Positions 1 to 18,600 of a stretch of DNA of 64,000 nucleotides are shown here, one piece after another (positions within the stretch are counted from its first letter, which is position 1; each line of letters opens with the position of its first letter). The position numbers were made by a program, and so were the translations under genes. Source of the DNA: Catajapyx aquilonaris. Taxonomy: Eukaryota. The stretch spans positions 62,001 to 126,000 of the forward strand of contig KZ538122.1 in NCBI GenBank assembly GCA_000934665.2, written 5' to 3'. A model generated the notes under the pieces. The model saw nothing but the letters and a program-made list of their open reading frames with translations, was not told the origin of the DNA and made no database searches.

Positions 1-34
1 AGTTTATATATTTCTTTCTTTTCATTTTGTCTAG

Positions 35-1208
35 TTATAACTGGTCCTGATCGCAGCTCTGTAAGGAAAGCTCTCACGAGGCTTGAAATCCTGATCCACA
101 CTGCCAAGAAGAAACAACCCTTCACACACTTTATCTCGATCCCAGTGAATTCTGAGGCAATTAGGACCAGCTTTGAGACTTTCAAGGAGAATGTTCTCGA
201 AGAATGCGAGGGCAGCATTGGTGTGGATTGTTCCTTGTTTCAGACACCTCACAAGCTCCACTTGACCATAGGGACTTTGGTACTTTTAAGTGACCATGAG
301 AGGAAAGAAGCAGCAGAAATCCTGGCATGTTGCAAGTCTGAAGTTATGGAGTAAGTTTGTTCTTGTGTAACGAAGGGCTAATTATGAACAAAACCCGATA
401 ATGCACAAAAGGTAGTCCTTTTCACACAATCTGTAATTCCTTTTTTGGGTTAAAAGTCATAATGCAAGATTGCAGGTTATAAACTGGTGCAAAAAGATAT
501 ACAGTGCAAGTCAGTTGTTCTGGTTGAAATCACAGCAATAGTATTAACGCAACATCTTACGTAATTGCCTTGCATGTGTTTGAGAGTCTGACCCGAAAAG
601 AAGAAGTTTTGGCTTGTCATTGTAAGCTCATTCATTGCATTTTTTTCAGTCCTATTTTGCATAATGCGCCTCTAAAGATAACTATGCGTGGACTGGAGTA
701 TATGAATGATGATCCAAGTGACGTAGATGTCCTGTACGGAAAAGTGGAGTCTGAAGAAAATCCAGGCCAACTGCAACATTTGGCCAATGAGATTGTCCGC
801 TACTTTAGTAGAAAAGGTCTCATGACAGTGGAGCATGAGAATGTGAAGCTGCATGCGACAGTCATGAACACTTTGTTTCGAACCGACGACAGTGGAGACC
901 TTGGATCTTGTAGCACGAAAAGGGGGACGAAACCTAGGGAATCATTTGATGCATCAAAAATTTTGAAGGTACTTTCACACATTATTATTGTACAGAAAAA
1001 ATTTGCATGGCATAGTATTGGTACCTAGTTAGTCGTGGGTTGCCTTAATTTCCTATGAAAGTAATGAGCCATTTTATATTTCTCATTTCAGCTGTATGAC
1101 ACTTTTGATTTTGGCACCCAACATGTCCAGTCGATTCACTTGTCATTACGTCACAGCACTGCTGCAAATGGATATTATCAATGTACATCAAGTGTCAGCC
1201 TGAATTAA
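35..1208 (+). CDS. ASCC1: Activating signal cointegrator 1 complex subunit 1 (2H-phosphoesterase/AKAP7-like), 3' part; 5' exons lie outside the window
   Basis: Exons 35-350, 650-968 and 1092-1208 have GT-AG borders and consistent phases. The protein has the end of a KH-like segment (ITGPDRSSVRKA), FTHFISIP, two HxT motifs (KLHLTIG, KLHATVMN), ESFDASKIL and C-terminal IHLS...NGYY. Stop TAA 1206-1208. Confidence 0.9.
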
Positions 1209-1392
1209 AACTCATGCTGTTACCCCACACCTTTTTAAGCTAATTAATGTGTCAACATGGCACATGTCTGTCTTAGAATGCGCTTCCCCTGCTTAAGAAA
1301 TTGAGGTGGGACTTAATTAGCCAGGTCTTCTATTCGACACTCCTTCAGATAAGGTCCTGATGGGTTCCTAATAGAGGAAGCTTGACACAGTT

Positions 1393-3706
1393 ATGATGAA
1401 AGCGCAATGGAGTATGGAATCCCTTGTGGATCATAGGCCAGTTCAAATGGCCTATTATCCCTATCAGTCCCTTCATGATCTGACAGGTAAGAGTATGTTG
1501 CAATTGTATTACATGGTAGTAGCACTGCATGTGTATTCTCGAGTCAGGAATTATTATCAATGCATGATATCTAAGGGTGCATGTTTATTAGAAATCGGCA
1601 ACACTGTGTCACTGTCAAAGCAGGTTCTGTGAGACGAATAAGAGGACCAAAGAGAGTGGTTCTTTTCTGCGTTTTTGCCATCTTCCTCCCGATGGTGGTG
1701 ATGTTCATGCCACTATACATTCGGTACAAGGTCTACCAAGACGTCACCTACACTCTGGGGGAGTCTGATCTCATCACTGTAGACAAGGGAATCTCTTCCT
1801 TCTGGTGTGAGGTACATTGATCAATGATACACTAGTTTAGGATGCAGGTTTGATAATGAGGTTATTTTCAGGGGCAAGAGCTGCAAATGAATGCAACATT
1901 CAATGCCTATCTTCTCCATGATATACCTCAGATATCAGAAGAAAGACAGCCATTTCAAATGGACAAGCATTTGGAACTTCCTGATGACACGCTAGAGTAC
2001 TGGGGATTCTACTTGCTCCAGGGATCCAAGGTTATACTCTCAGTGTGCTCAAGGTGAGACGCTAGTGCGAGGCCTGTACCAGAAATGTTTTGTCATATTC
2101 TTTAAGTTGCATTAGAGCCATTCACACAGTACAAAGATGTCATTGTTACCAGTCCTAATAACTGCATGTAAAGTTGGATTAAGCCGTTGAAGCTCCACAG
2201 GTTGTTTAAAAACTGTACACATTTTAATGAGGTAGGGTACACCCAAAATATTTTTTGATGCCATCTCTTTGTGCTAGAGCCAGAGGGCACTGATGGATAT
2301 AGACGGAGCTGGTACTGTACTTGAATACAAATGGGCACAAGTGTGACCAACATGTGTATTCAAAGGAGGTGCTCAAAGGTGAGACTGGAAACAAAATGCC
2401 AGGAATATATGAAAACGTATGGCAATCAATCCTTTGCTGCTGTTGTGCATGCAGTGCTGTTTCCAGTGTCATCTTTGAGTAAGGTACCTTCTTTTATTAA
2501 ACATGTTCCTTGCTGTTCACACTTCTTTCCATTTGTTTATGCACCAGCTCCACCAATACCTGTCAGCACCTTCTAACACAGAAGGATGAAGACAGCTGCA
2601 GGCATACATTCATTGACAAAAAATGTTTGTCGTGGTGTTTCCTATCTGTGTCTCTCATTAAAAAATCTCCAACACCTTGCATATAAATATTGCATTTTTT
2701 GCTAACCAGTTGTACTAAATTAATTGGTCATTCATTTGTAGCGTAAGTTGCCAAATAATACTGGTAGTCTGTCTAACTCATCACTGGTCATGTGTTCAGG
2801 TTTGAAGGTGCCCGTCTAATGCTGGTGAAAGGCAGTAAGAATCTGAAACGATGTGCCCTGCTTGAGTCATCACCACCTACAGTGATTGATCCCTGGGAAG
2901 AAGATCACTCTGCACCAGGTGGTGAAATCCAAGTCACTTTCCAGCGTGGAGAAGAAAATGCTGCTGGACCCCAAAAACATCACAAGTCAACACCTAAACC
3001 AGATGAAGAGATGGAATATGATGGTGGGGAAGTTCTTGATGATGATGCAGATGACTCGGCTAACAATATTGAGTCAACTAGTCAGATGACAAGCCTTAGG
3101 CTGCATCGTCACAGGCAGCCACGATCACAAGGTCCGCTGGGGAGTGAAGAGGATATCCGCAGGAGTGACCATGGCCAGAATATGACCTCTGATCTGATGG
3201 AAGATACTATTGATGCGGATGACATCCGATCCTCAGGGTCCTCCTTTGCCCAGAAGCTATGGAAGTGCTATGGAGGCGACACTATTTTCACACAATCATT
3301 CTCACCCTCAGCTCACTGCCAGAGTGCAGACGCCCTCATGAAGCATGCCTTGAGAATGCGAACAGTGCATGAAATAACCTCAACAGGATACTATTACTAC
3401 ATCTTCTACAGTGACAATGACATTGCCCTGAACAATCTGTTTGCAAGGTTTACTATAGAGAAGGTAGTGTACAAGTTCCCAAATTTCACGGGAAGCTGCA
3501 CTAACTCGACCGCATGCTACCTTCCCTTGGCCTTCTTGTCCAGTGAGAAGGTGCTGCTAGAGGTTCCCCTGCAGGATGGAGTGAGCGATGAGGATATCGC
3601 CACTCAGATGGTGCTGACCTCCACTTGCAGGCCCAGGATGGGGGTTTACTTCATGTTCCCAGCAATTGCACTTGTTCTGCTGCTCACCTGCGCTTTCATT
3701 GAATGA
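1393..3706 (+). CDS. ~456-aa membrane protein with N- and C-terminal hydrophobic helices, resembling E3 ligase APD1-4 middle-domain-containing proteins (no RING visible)
   Basis: Exons 1393-1486, 1624-1811, 1872-2053 and 2800-3706 splice in frame (1371 nt). TM-like FCVFAIFLPMVVMFMPLYIRY and VYFMFPAIALVLLLTCAF; motifs SSFWCE, LEYWGFYLLQGS, GYYYYIFYSDND; Cys-rich C-terminus. The family call is from recollection; the start ATG could be 1393, 1396 or 1414. Confidence 0.75.
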
Positions 3707-4644
3707 ACACATTGTTGTGTTAATATACCAGATAGTTTAACACCAAATAATTCTACACTGAGGATCAGGGAATTAAGGGATTCTGCAATTGGAGGGAATT
3801 TAAGCACATGTCAGAGATGCTGCGTTATTGTGTCACTGGGGAGCATGAATATGAGTCACTTAAAAAAAAAAAAGTAGTCTTATGTGCAATGTGCTCTGCT
3901 ATGCATGTTGGGTGGGTAAGTAATCTGATCTCTCAATATTTTCAGTTTCTAACATGTTTGTAGTGATATTTTTCCAATATATTGAGCTTCTTTTTCGCTA
4001 TTTACCTCATTTTGCTCTTCACATAAAGACTAGAACACTAGATAGGATGAACACACCTTGGCAACATGTTCTTTTGTTTTGTGTGTTGCACTGTTGCTGA
4101 GAAGATCTTGTTTATGTTTCAGAATGTTCCCTGCAGTTTGAGAGAGAACTCCTGGATTTCCTGCATTCGTAAGTTTGTCCGTGAGAACACTTGACCTATG
4201 GAATTAATTGAGCTCTTTTGTTAAGGATGTGTGCAGATTCACTGGGGAATATCACTTTGCTTGAAAATGTTCCAATGGGTGTGGGGCACATGCGAGGACT
4301 GTTCAAAAAGAAACCGAACTTTTTAAATAGGACGTCAACCGGCACAAAGAGCGTATTGAGGCTACTGACAGTACCTATCAACATGTCTTGACAACAAATT
4401 GCCATTTGCCATGTTCCTCTTCAATAATTATTTTGTATCTATAAATGAGGAAGAAATGGCAAGAATAATGATTGCAATAATTGAAGACCTCAGGAGAAGA
4501 ACAATCAAGGTCCACCTCAGGTGAAACTGAGATATTCCTATTTTAAATTTCGAAGGCCCATAAGGTTCCATTGCAAATCCCACTTTCGGAGCCTTCTTTA
4601 GTGACCTATGATCATCACTCCACAACCACAACCAAACCGTCTTA

Positions 4645-4812
4645 AGGCCCATACACACAGACCGTCTACGGTTTTGGTTTTTGGTCACGTTGATGCCTCG
4701 GACCAATCATGACTCAAGTAAACAAGTGCAACCCATTGTTTAGAGCTTGTTTACATGGGTCATGATTGGTCCGCGGCGTCAAAGCAACCAAAAACCAAAA
4801 CCGTTGACGGCC
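4645..4812. mobile_element. Palindromic MITE, right end truncated; same family as 62304-62486 but in opposite orientation
   Basis: Begins AGGCCCATACACACAG and is near-identical to 62304-62486. Long internal inverted arms (acggttttggtttttggt...accaaaaaccaaaaccgt). The asymmetric centre matches the reverse complement of the other copy. Confidence 0.85.
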
Positions 4813-5574
4813 AAAATGCTTGCCCCTCCCGCCCCCAACTGAAATATGTTGTTACGCCGCTGACTACCACTGTCCAACTCACTGTCAGTCAAATTATTCC
4901 ATTGAAAAGTTCATTAGGTTTGCTGTTTGCATGGGTCCAATATGGTATGGTTAATTTCTTTCCTAAATATAACTGTCTATAATATAGCTACTACAAAGTT
5001 CCCCATGTGTACTGCTTGGTGTTGTGTAATTTCTATGCCCTAATTTCTTTGAGAAAAGTGTACCACAGAAAGATGACTAAACCACTCTGTGAATTGGTGG
5101 AAATTTATGATTGTCTATTTCAACAATAATGAATAAATCTAACCAGGGAAAAGGCATCACATCTATAACTCATCCTATGTAGCAGTTATTACTCTTGGTA
5201 ACAGTAACCAGGACACTTATTACCATTCCCATTAGTGATGCCATTTCATTTTGCAATTTGTTTTTTAAAAGGTACATTAGAGATTATTGATTAATATGTT
5301 TGACTTATAACAATCGAGTATTCATCCTGGGTTGCCTAGTTCTAGTTGCACTTCAGCCATGAAAAAATTTTTCCACTAGAAAAGGATTGAGAAAAGTTTG
5401 TTGCTCACTTGCTGTTGATACTGTTACATAAGAGCAAACATTTCTCTCATTCATTCATGAAAATGAAGGACCCAACAACTGCACAACAATAATCCTTTAA
5501 TTCATGTCGTTGCCATCTGCCACCAGGCATTGACTGCTCTTTATTTTGCATTTCATATTTAATTTTCCATCCAA

Positions 5575-6647
5575 TCATTCCGTGCATGAACCCTCCGAAC
5601 CTATACAGTAGCACGTGCGTAGGGATGATTGACCCATTTGCCAGAAGCCCCGTTCCCAGAGGACGTCACGAGACGACGGCCTTTTAAAATCCGCCCGATC
5701 CCCGAATGAATCAGCCACGTCGCGTGCGGTTTTGTAAGACCCGGTCCAGTCAGAGAGCCACCAAGGCCAAATCACATACCCATAATTCCCGTCCTTCCGT
5801 CTAACAAAACCCGCCTTATTTCCAGATGACATTGGCACGTGAGGGGGGGGGAAATACCGTTCCCTGCCAGACAGCGGTACTGCCCCCCCAACATCGCCCG
5901 GAAGTAAAAGTATCTCGTCCATGAGGGTGGGTTTTCATTTTTCTGACATTGATCCAGCAGCCCCGGACCTTGCTTATCAGGGCAAGGTGAACCTTCCCGA
6001 AAGGAATGTGGGAAAGCGGTCGGACACATTTTTCGTGGTATTTCCCACCTCCCTCTCCACCTCCCCTTTTCTTCGTCATAAGCCTTTCACCTCCCTCCCC
6101 TTCCCAGCCTTCCCCTCTCCCGCGCGGACACTTCCCGCCAAGACGACCGCACGCCTCGAAACGTGGCAGGGTCCCTCGCCGGCTGCCCTTGCCATTACAC
6201 CCGGGGCCAACCCAACCCGAGCCCCAACCCACCCAGGGTCGGACACCCGCACATTATTTATTTAAAACCCGGCATGGCCTTTGCAGCATGGCGCGCTTCG
6301 TCTGGCACCACTGTCGCCGGTGACGTCCACTTCCGGCCGCGACCCTACGCAAGAAGCCCTCCGCCGGAACAGCTAGTCCCGAACACATCGCACCCCACAC
6401 TTTCAGACTCGCCTCTAAATTAATACCAAATTAATTACGGACCCACCCGGACACTAGTAAATGATGTACCGCATTTTACAAAATCAGTGTCACATTACAG
6501 GAGCACCTGGCGCATGTGGTTCGTACTAGCCGCTATGCGCGTGGCGGATGGATACGCGAATGGGGGTGACGTCACGCACCCCCCGTCCCTCCCTCCCGCC
6601 CCCCTCCCGGGCCGAGTCCTTTCTGTCCGCGCTCAGTTATCGCGAAC

Positions 6648-6650
<3 letters not shown>
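5575..6650 (+). promoter_or_regulatory. CpG-rich promoter region of eIF4A with a pyrimidine (TCT/TOP-like) start
   Basis: CpG-dense island. ETS-like CCGGAAGT (~5898) and ACTTCCGG (~6329); CRE-like TGACGTCA (~6567); E-boxes CACGTG. CCTTTCTGTCC at ~6618 lies 30 nt upstream of ATG 6648. Confidence 0.6.
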
Positions 6651-11740
<5,090 letters not shown>

Positions 11741-11783
11741 GGGGATTCCCTCCTCCTCCCACACAGTTTCCCCCCTTTCTTTT

Positions 11784-11886
11784 AGAGAGAGAGCGAGCAA
11801 GAGAGAGGGCGATTTTTCAGCGATTGGGCGATTTCCCCCCCTTTAGCGCGGGTGCGCGAGAGAGAGATAGTGAGAGAGAGAGAGAG
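11784..11886 (+). repeat. Interrupted (GA)n microsatellite tracts in the eIF4A 3'UTR
   Basis: Several AGAGAG runs just after the stop codon. Confidence 0.7.
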
Positions 11887-14279
11887 TAATAGAGGCATCT
11901 CAGAGTCTTGTGTTTTGGGGGGCGATAGGGGGAGGTCACTTTCCCAGTTGTCACTTGACCTCCGACCTCCCCTGCACCCCAGCTTTTACATCCCTCCTCC
12001 CCTACGGTTTTCGAGTCGGCGATTTTGTTTGGGAGACGTCGGATTACCTAGGCGCTTTGTTTTCGAGGTCTTTGTCCTCGCTCAAGGCTCTCGTTTCGGT
12101 TATTAGGTGGCTCTCGAGTTCGCTGGCTCGACAGGAGTTTTATTTAATTGTTTTTACCCCCATTCCCATTATCCCTGATCTTTCCTCCAAGTTGCCTCTA
12201 TTTATTTTCCTGGAAAAAAATAGCTCTCTCCTCTAGCACTTGACCCTCCTGAATTTTTTTGGTGCCCAAAGCAGTGGTTTGGTATTTTTTTATCTCCTGT
12301 TTTGATCTTCTTGAGCCCATTAAGGTTGTTAATCTGGGCCGGGTTTAATTATTATTATTAATATTATTGTATTCCTTTTGACATCTTTTTCCTTCACCTC
12401 CCTTGCCTCTCTTTGAAAAAAGGTGTGGACTTTACTCCTTAAACAAGGTTTTTGAATCAGGTCAAGTTACGAGGCTCCATCTGCAAATTAGGAAACGTGA
12501 AAACAAAAGGGGTTAACTGAAAAGTGACCAGGTGTATTGTATTTTTATTTGTGAGTTGAATTATAGTGCTGTTCAAAGAGGGAAGGAAAAATTGCTGTTT
12601 AGTTTGGCAAAAGAAGTATATATTTGACCTGTTTTCCAACCTCTGACACAAACCCTACCTCTTGATCCTCCTTCCCCGCCCAATTTCCCAAGGCTATACT
12701 GTGTCAATAGTACTTGTCTATTGTAACAATTTAGTGGAGTGTATCGTGTAGTATCCGAATTTTTGGAAGAAAAAAAAAACATAACCTGTTGGATTAACCA
12801 TATTTTTTTTTGGCCAATTCTTTCTGACATAGCATTGCGTGTGTATCTAACAAACCAGCCAGAGGGAAGTAATTATTTTTTTCCGTTGCGCTCAAAGAGT
12901 GAAGCTTTTCTTTCGTGGTTAACTTATAGGTGTAGTTGTGGAAAAAGGGATATATTATACAATTCTATCATCCCCCATATCTATTCCTTGTCTATTTTCT
13001 CTGGAAACATTCTTTTGCGTGGAAGACTATCTCCGGATGCAGACAATGATGGGCAAATCGAAGAGTTGGGTGTGGCGACGAGTGGTGCGTGATGATATAG
13101 GGCAGAGGCTCGGAAGGCTCGGCAGTGGTGGGTCCTGCCTGCGGGCAGCCAGCCCACCTCTCCAGGCCCGCTGCCCCCAGCAGAGGGACTGCCTTTGGGG
13201 ACACTGTTGCAGGGTGGGGTTCTGGAGAGGCGGGTTCTTCAATAGGAAGAGGTGCAGGAGACGAGGGCGGGGGAAAAAATAGTATGGGGGTTGCCTTTCC
13301 ACATGGAGCATCAAGAAGGGATGTGAATTTTGTTTCTGGTGATTGCAGTTCGCCATTTCCCTCTCCCACCCAGTAACTTGTGACCAAAATTGTATGATGA
13401 CCCCTTTCCAACCACCACCCCAGAATTTTCTGTGTACTGTGTTTGTGAAATACGCTGCTTGACAATTAGATCTAGGTTCCATTTTGAAATAAATCTTGCT
13501 ACCACCCTCACTTGCATCTTTTGAAGTAGTGTCATGGTGAATTTGTCGAAGCAGCTGGGGACCATCTGTGATTTTTCTTGAACGCTGACTTTGTGCATAG
13601 TCTGGGAATTCTGCAGTGGAGAAATCTTCGGGGGTTTGCTTTGAAGCAGCAATGCCACCGCAGTGCTGTTCCACGTTACATGACTTTATTCCACTTGTGC
13701 GAAACACCTACACAATGTCACAATTATTGCAAATGGCAAGGGATGGGCAAATAATGTTAAGTGATAGGTTTGCTGATATTGTAGCTTCATTGCTGATTCT
13801 ATGCTTTGAGGTACTATTGTACAGTACTGTACAAGCAAATGATTGTCAAGTTAGGTAATTAGGCCAGAGTGCTGAGAACTAAAATGTGCTTTGAAGAAAG
13901 AGCTAACAACAAAGGAACCACTGCCACACAATTGGGCATGCTCAAAGAGCGCTAAAAAGCAGTTGTACAGTGCAATGCCTCTACTAGAAAGCTGACCACT
14001 TCAACCGTGCTAATTAGGGTGTATAATTAAATGAAGACACTGGACTATTATGTATGAGAACAAGTATTGCCTGAAAAGGAATAGTCCCTTCTGACAATAG
14101 CAACAAGGTGCTGATGTAGAATTTGCTAGTTATAGGTTCACATTAAACATCACATGAGAGTTTAGTGTGGACTGGACATTTGGCCATCTGCCTCATGAGG
14201 AAACCAGAATACCCCCTGCATATTTGGAATACTATGTGCCAAGTGGCCCGTGTCATTTCTAAAATCCACAATTTCGCCC

Positions 14280-15622
14280 CAATGGATAGTGCGAAATTCG
14301 ACCACGCCCCAATAATGGCAAAAGTATGCCGCAAGGAAAGGGCAGACGAATGAAAAAAAATTAATACACGTATTGCACTCTGATTTTCCCTCGCGATAAT
14401 AGTTTTGCAGATTTTTAAAGCGAAGTCGAGTCTCGCGCGCCGGCGTTTCCCCCCTCGGAGCGATGACATCATTGGTGCCGGTCCACCAATCGCAGCCAGC
14501 CGCCTCACCACCACTTGGCCGCGGAAGACCCTCCGCCAAACCCGGTCCTAAACAGATATCCTTCAGACCTCTTGTAATAACCAGTTTCATCCTAGTCAAC
14601 TCCGACCAATAGGCAGGGGACATTTCTATGGGGTAAAATTGGAGAAACAATTGACCACGGTTGATTGCAAAAGCAAGTAGTGTGCCTTTCCTCCCTCACT
14701 TTCTGTTTACACGATCCATTCGCGATGCGCGACAGGAGATGGCGCGGGTTTTGATCTAGTTGTCGTAGCACGCGGTAAAGAAAGTGCGGTCCGGTAGAAT
14801 TGCACTGCCCATGCATTGTCCTTTTAATTCCTGGCAGTTACAACGACACACCAATCACACACCGAACCCCTGGATCAAAACTGTCTCGGATTATATCTTC
14901 GGAGTTGCTTTTATTCAGTGGGCTGATTCACTTGATTACATTGTCATAATTCCGCATGAATTGCTCCTATCACCCTTAACACATGTGATCCTACTTATTA
15001 GCCCCTCATTACACAGCATAGCCTACATTACGAACCGATTGGAGCGGATTGGAGTCATTTGACCACATGAACATCGAAACCACGGTCTATCTCGTATAAC
15101 TCCATGGAGACCACCCCACCAATCCTGGCTCTTCCTGCTACACCATCCATCCAATCAGATCCATCCGCGCATGCGCATCCTGACCCCCATCCACCGTGCC
15201 CATACCGGCGCAGTGACACCCCATTTGGTCCGGTGGCTGGCAGGCAGGAACCGGCCTAGAAAAGTAGTTCCCCACATCCCTCCCTCCCTCCCTGCTCCCC
15301 ATCCCGACCTCTCCCTGCTGCTATCCCGAGTAGTTGCGGGAGTGCTTTTTTTTTATACATATATTTCTCCCCCTCCACCACCACCACCTCCACCACCTCT
15401 CCCTCCCTAGTGCCGGGTCCCTCCCTCCGTCCCTCTCTCCACTCCTTCCCCTCCTTTGTCGGGATCCGCTGCCTGCCTGCCTGCCCTCTCCTGTGTGCCC
15501 CGCCTGCCCGCCTCTAGAGGAGAGTATCGCAGCAGTGTTGGAAGCAGAAGCACCGCACATCAGCCAAACGCACACACCGCAGCACACCCGGGCCACCCTC
15601 CCACCAAAAGAGAGAGAAAAAG
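14280..15622 (+). promoter_or_regulatory. CpG island/promoter and 5'UTR of profilin
   Basis: CpG-rich. Several CCAAT boxes (~14486, 14606, 15151), an NRF1/Ewg-type palindrome GCGCATGCGC at 15167-15176, and a C-rich leader before ATG 15623. Confidence 0.55.
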
Positions 15623-18600
15623 ATGAGCTGGCAAGACTACGTGGACAAGCAGCTCTTGGCCTCCAAGTGCGTGACCAGGGCGGCCATCGCGGGACACGAC
15701 GGGAATGTCTGGGCCAAGTCGGAGGGATTCGAGGTGGGTTTTGCACCAGGAGGACTCTGCCTCGGGTTTGGAATAGGGCTGCTGCACGGGGGGATAGTGG
15801 CGCGTGTGGGGAGGGGTTGGGATGGGGGGGGNTGTGGGACGGGGAGGGGGCGAAGGGAAAGAGAGAAAAAAAAATGGTAGGCCTGCTGCCAGGCCTAGCG
15901 TGGCAGGGGTCCTGCCCCTGGTGTTGGCCCCGGGGCGGATGAACCACCACTGGGGATGCTGGAAGGGTGCAGTCGCAGACTAGGCCTGACCGGTTGTTTT
16001 TTTTAACTTGGAAGGGGGAAATGGGGCAGTGGGGGAATCTGGTGGACAGTCTAATGAGGTTGAATCCATACAGATAGACATGCACTGATTTACTGAGGGG
16101 CTAGGTCTGATCTAGGGTTACTCATGGGCAGCATTGCAGCAGGGTCAGATATGTTCAGAATCTTGCCTGAGGAAAAGTAAATGGCGGTCTGGCGCTGTCC
16201 TTTCAGTCGTCAAAGTAGATATCAGATGCATTCAGAATTGAGATTCTAAAGTGTGACAAGCCCGACACTACGTAAAAGTTCTGAACAGGTTTCCGTCACA
16301 ACAGTCACAACCCTGGGCCAGGCCGAAACAGTAGTTATGTAACGTCCTAGTATCCCATAAATGTAGGGTAGATTATAGGCCTGTTTTACTCTGTGTGCCT
16401 AGTGTAGGTCATGGTGAGGGAACAAGGACACATTTTCTATGAAGTTACCAACCTATAATCTGCAGGGAATGCAGCTGCTGTTCTGAGGCATTTGACCCTG
16501 CCTGTACTCTTTGAAGGTCAAATGACAGGAGGCACTACAAGCCTCTGCTGACTATAGTAGTGGATTGCAATAACTGGTAAAGCAAGGATGGAGCACAGAC
16601 TATGCATTGAGTCGTTAGTACCGACACACTTCCATAACCTGAGTAACCAGAAAGGGCTGTCACATGAATGTTAGTTTCTGACGCAATTGACATGAGAGCA
16701 TCCTGATGTCTGGTTCATTCAGCAAGGGAGATAAATTGAGCTTGACCCAATCCATCAGACACAAAACTTTTATGAAAAACTTGAACATCAGGAAGTTCCG
16801 GTTTTGGTAGCTGGCTTGGAAGCTGAGAGCGAACAGGGAACAAGCAACAGATAATCATGAAAGGATCATGCAGAATTATTATACAGTGTGCATGCACATT
16901 TTAAAAATAAAACCAAGCTTCGTAAAATTGTTCACCTTTGGCATCTGCGTATCAAGTAGCCCCAATGGGAAGGCCTACTAAAGTATTATGAGGTTGACAA
17001 TCAGATTGCCTCAAACAGGTTTGAACCAAAAGGTTCCAGATTCGACGTCACTCGTGATACATATGCGATGGAATAGGTGAGTTTAGTACCGGAAGCCTGG
17101 CCCCTGATGTATTAATATATTTAAAATACTTTTTCCTGGGAAGTGGTAGTGCGTTTTAATACTGGCATCAATCCAGACATGGCAGGTGGAAGTAGAATTG
17201 TGAGTATCAGTTGTTGTAGCATCAGATGGGAAGGTGGAGTGCTCATCATAGGAGAGCAGGGAGGGTGAGGGACAGACATGTGACTCATAGTTTTCTCCCC
17301 AGCCAAGTAGTCATTGATTAGGGTTTTAGTGCCAGCCCTGTCAGCAAGGACATGTGCAAAGGTCATTTGGTGACACATTTAACAGTAAAAATTTGGGATC
17401 AGGTTTCTGCTGCCAAGTCAGCTTAAAATTGACACCTCACACCTTGGTCATGAGATCATTATATGGAGTTAATCTATCCTGTTATCATGCTGCTGTCAAG
17501 GCTGATAATATTCGCTGTGGTAAGGCTGTGTTGATTGATGAGTATGAAAGTATGCTTTATTGTAATGCAAACTGGCTATGTGGTAGATTCAATTTGCAAG
17601 TGTTAGTGCAGAAGTTCTTTGAAATTGCTGGATCTGACATGCACCTGGGTTTCGTACCACTCCGCATGTAATTTTAATATGTGAGAGAGAATTCCTGAGT
17701 GGTCAAGCTCCTTCTGCACTTATCCATCGGCTATGTAGCAATGCAAAATTTTGCTCCTTATCATGCGATTGTGCCACCAACAGAAATTTCTGGAACCTCA
17801 TAACAAATATCCACGCTGAGTCACTCACATTTCACTTTTATCTAACCAGCATGCTGGATTCCATTTGGTTAAAAGCTTCTATGTCTAACTACATTGTGGC
17901 ACTGAAGCCATTTTAGGGACGCAGGAAGGGGATATGGGGTGTAAGTACTATGGATAAGACTTGGAAAAAAGTCTGAGACAAAAGTTAAGGACGGAAGAAG
18001 TTGGTAGGCAAACAGGAAACTAAATTGGCCGAGATAAAGATAAGTCCAGATCCTGTGTTTGAGGCTTCCTCTGAGGTTAAGTGGGTAGTGTGTGGGATGG
18101 TGGGGGGTTCGATTACAGGATGATCAGAAAGCAAAGGGAGGTTAAAGAATGGGGTGGGTTTGCACAGTAGCATTGAACGCTCCACCTCAAGGTCTCCTTG
18201 GCAATAAAAAGGATGGCTGGTGGGGTGTGGGGGGGAAAAAAAGTGGGACTGTTCACCTGAACCAGGTTGGAATAAGAGAAAGTCTGGTGTGTGTGTGTGT
18301 GTGTGGGTTGTAGGATTCATTGATTTCGGCAGGGATAAAATTAGCCACCGCATGCCAAAAGCGGGAATGAATGGCCACAGTCCTTCCCCTTGGTGGTGGT
18401 GGGAAAGTAGCCAAAATCTGTGTGGCGGGGGAAAGACCAATTATCGCAATACCGGATAGGGATATTAAAACCGGCGGGTTGTGCCGGCCCCTCATTGATC
18501 CGTACCCACACCTGTATTAGGGAGAAAGTGAGGCGGGTTTAAAAATAATCGGCGTGTGTGTGCATAAGGTGGGCGGATTTGGCAATGGACGAAAAGTGGC

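Noticed and set aside
13027..13707. 226-aa minus-strand ORF
   Set aside because: Antisense to the probable eIF4A 3'UTR, non-ATG start, no recognisable motifs.
15321..16085. 254-aa and 202-aa ORFs over profilin exon 1
   Set aside because: Shadow frames of a GC-rich first exon.
17908..17917. CArG box CCATTTTAGG in the profilin intron
   Set aside because: A single 10-mer is expected by chance in 5 kb.
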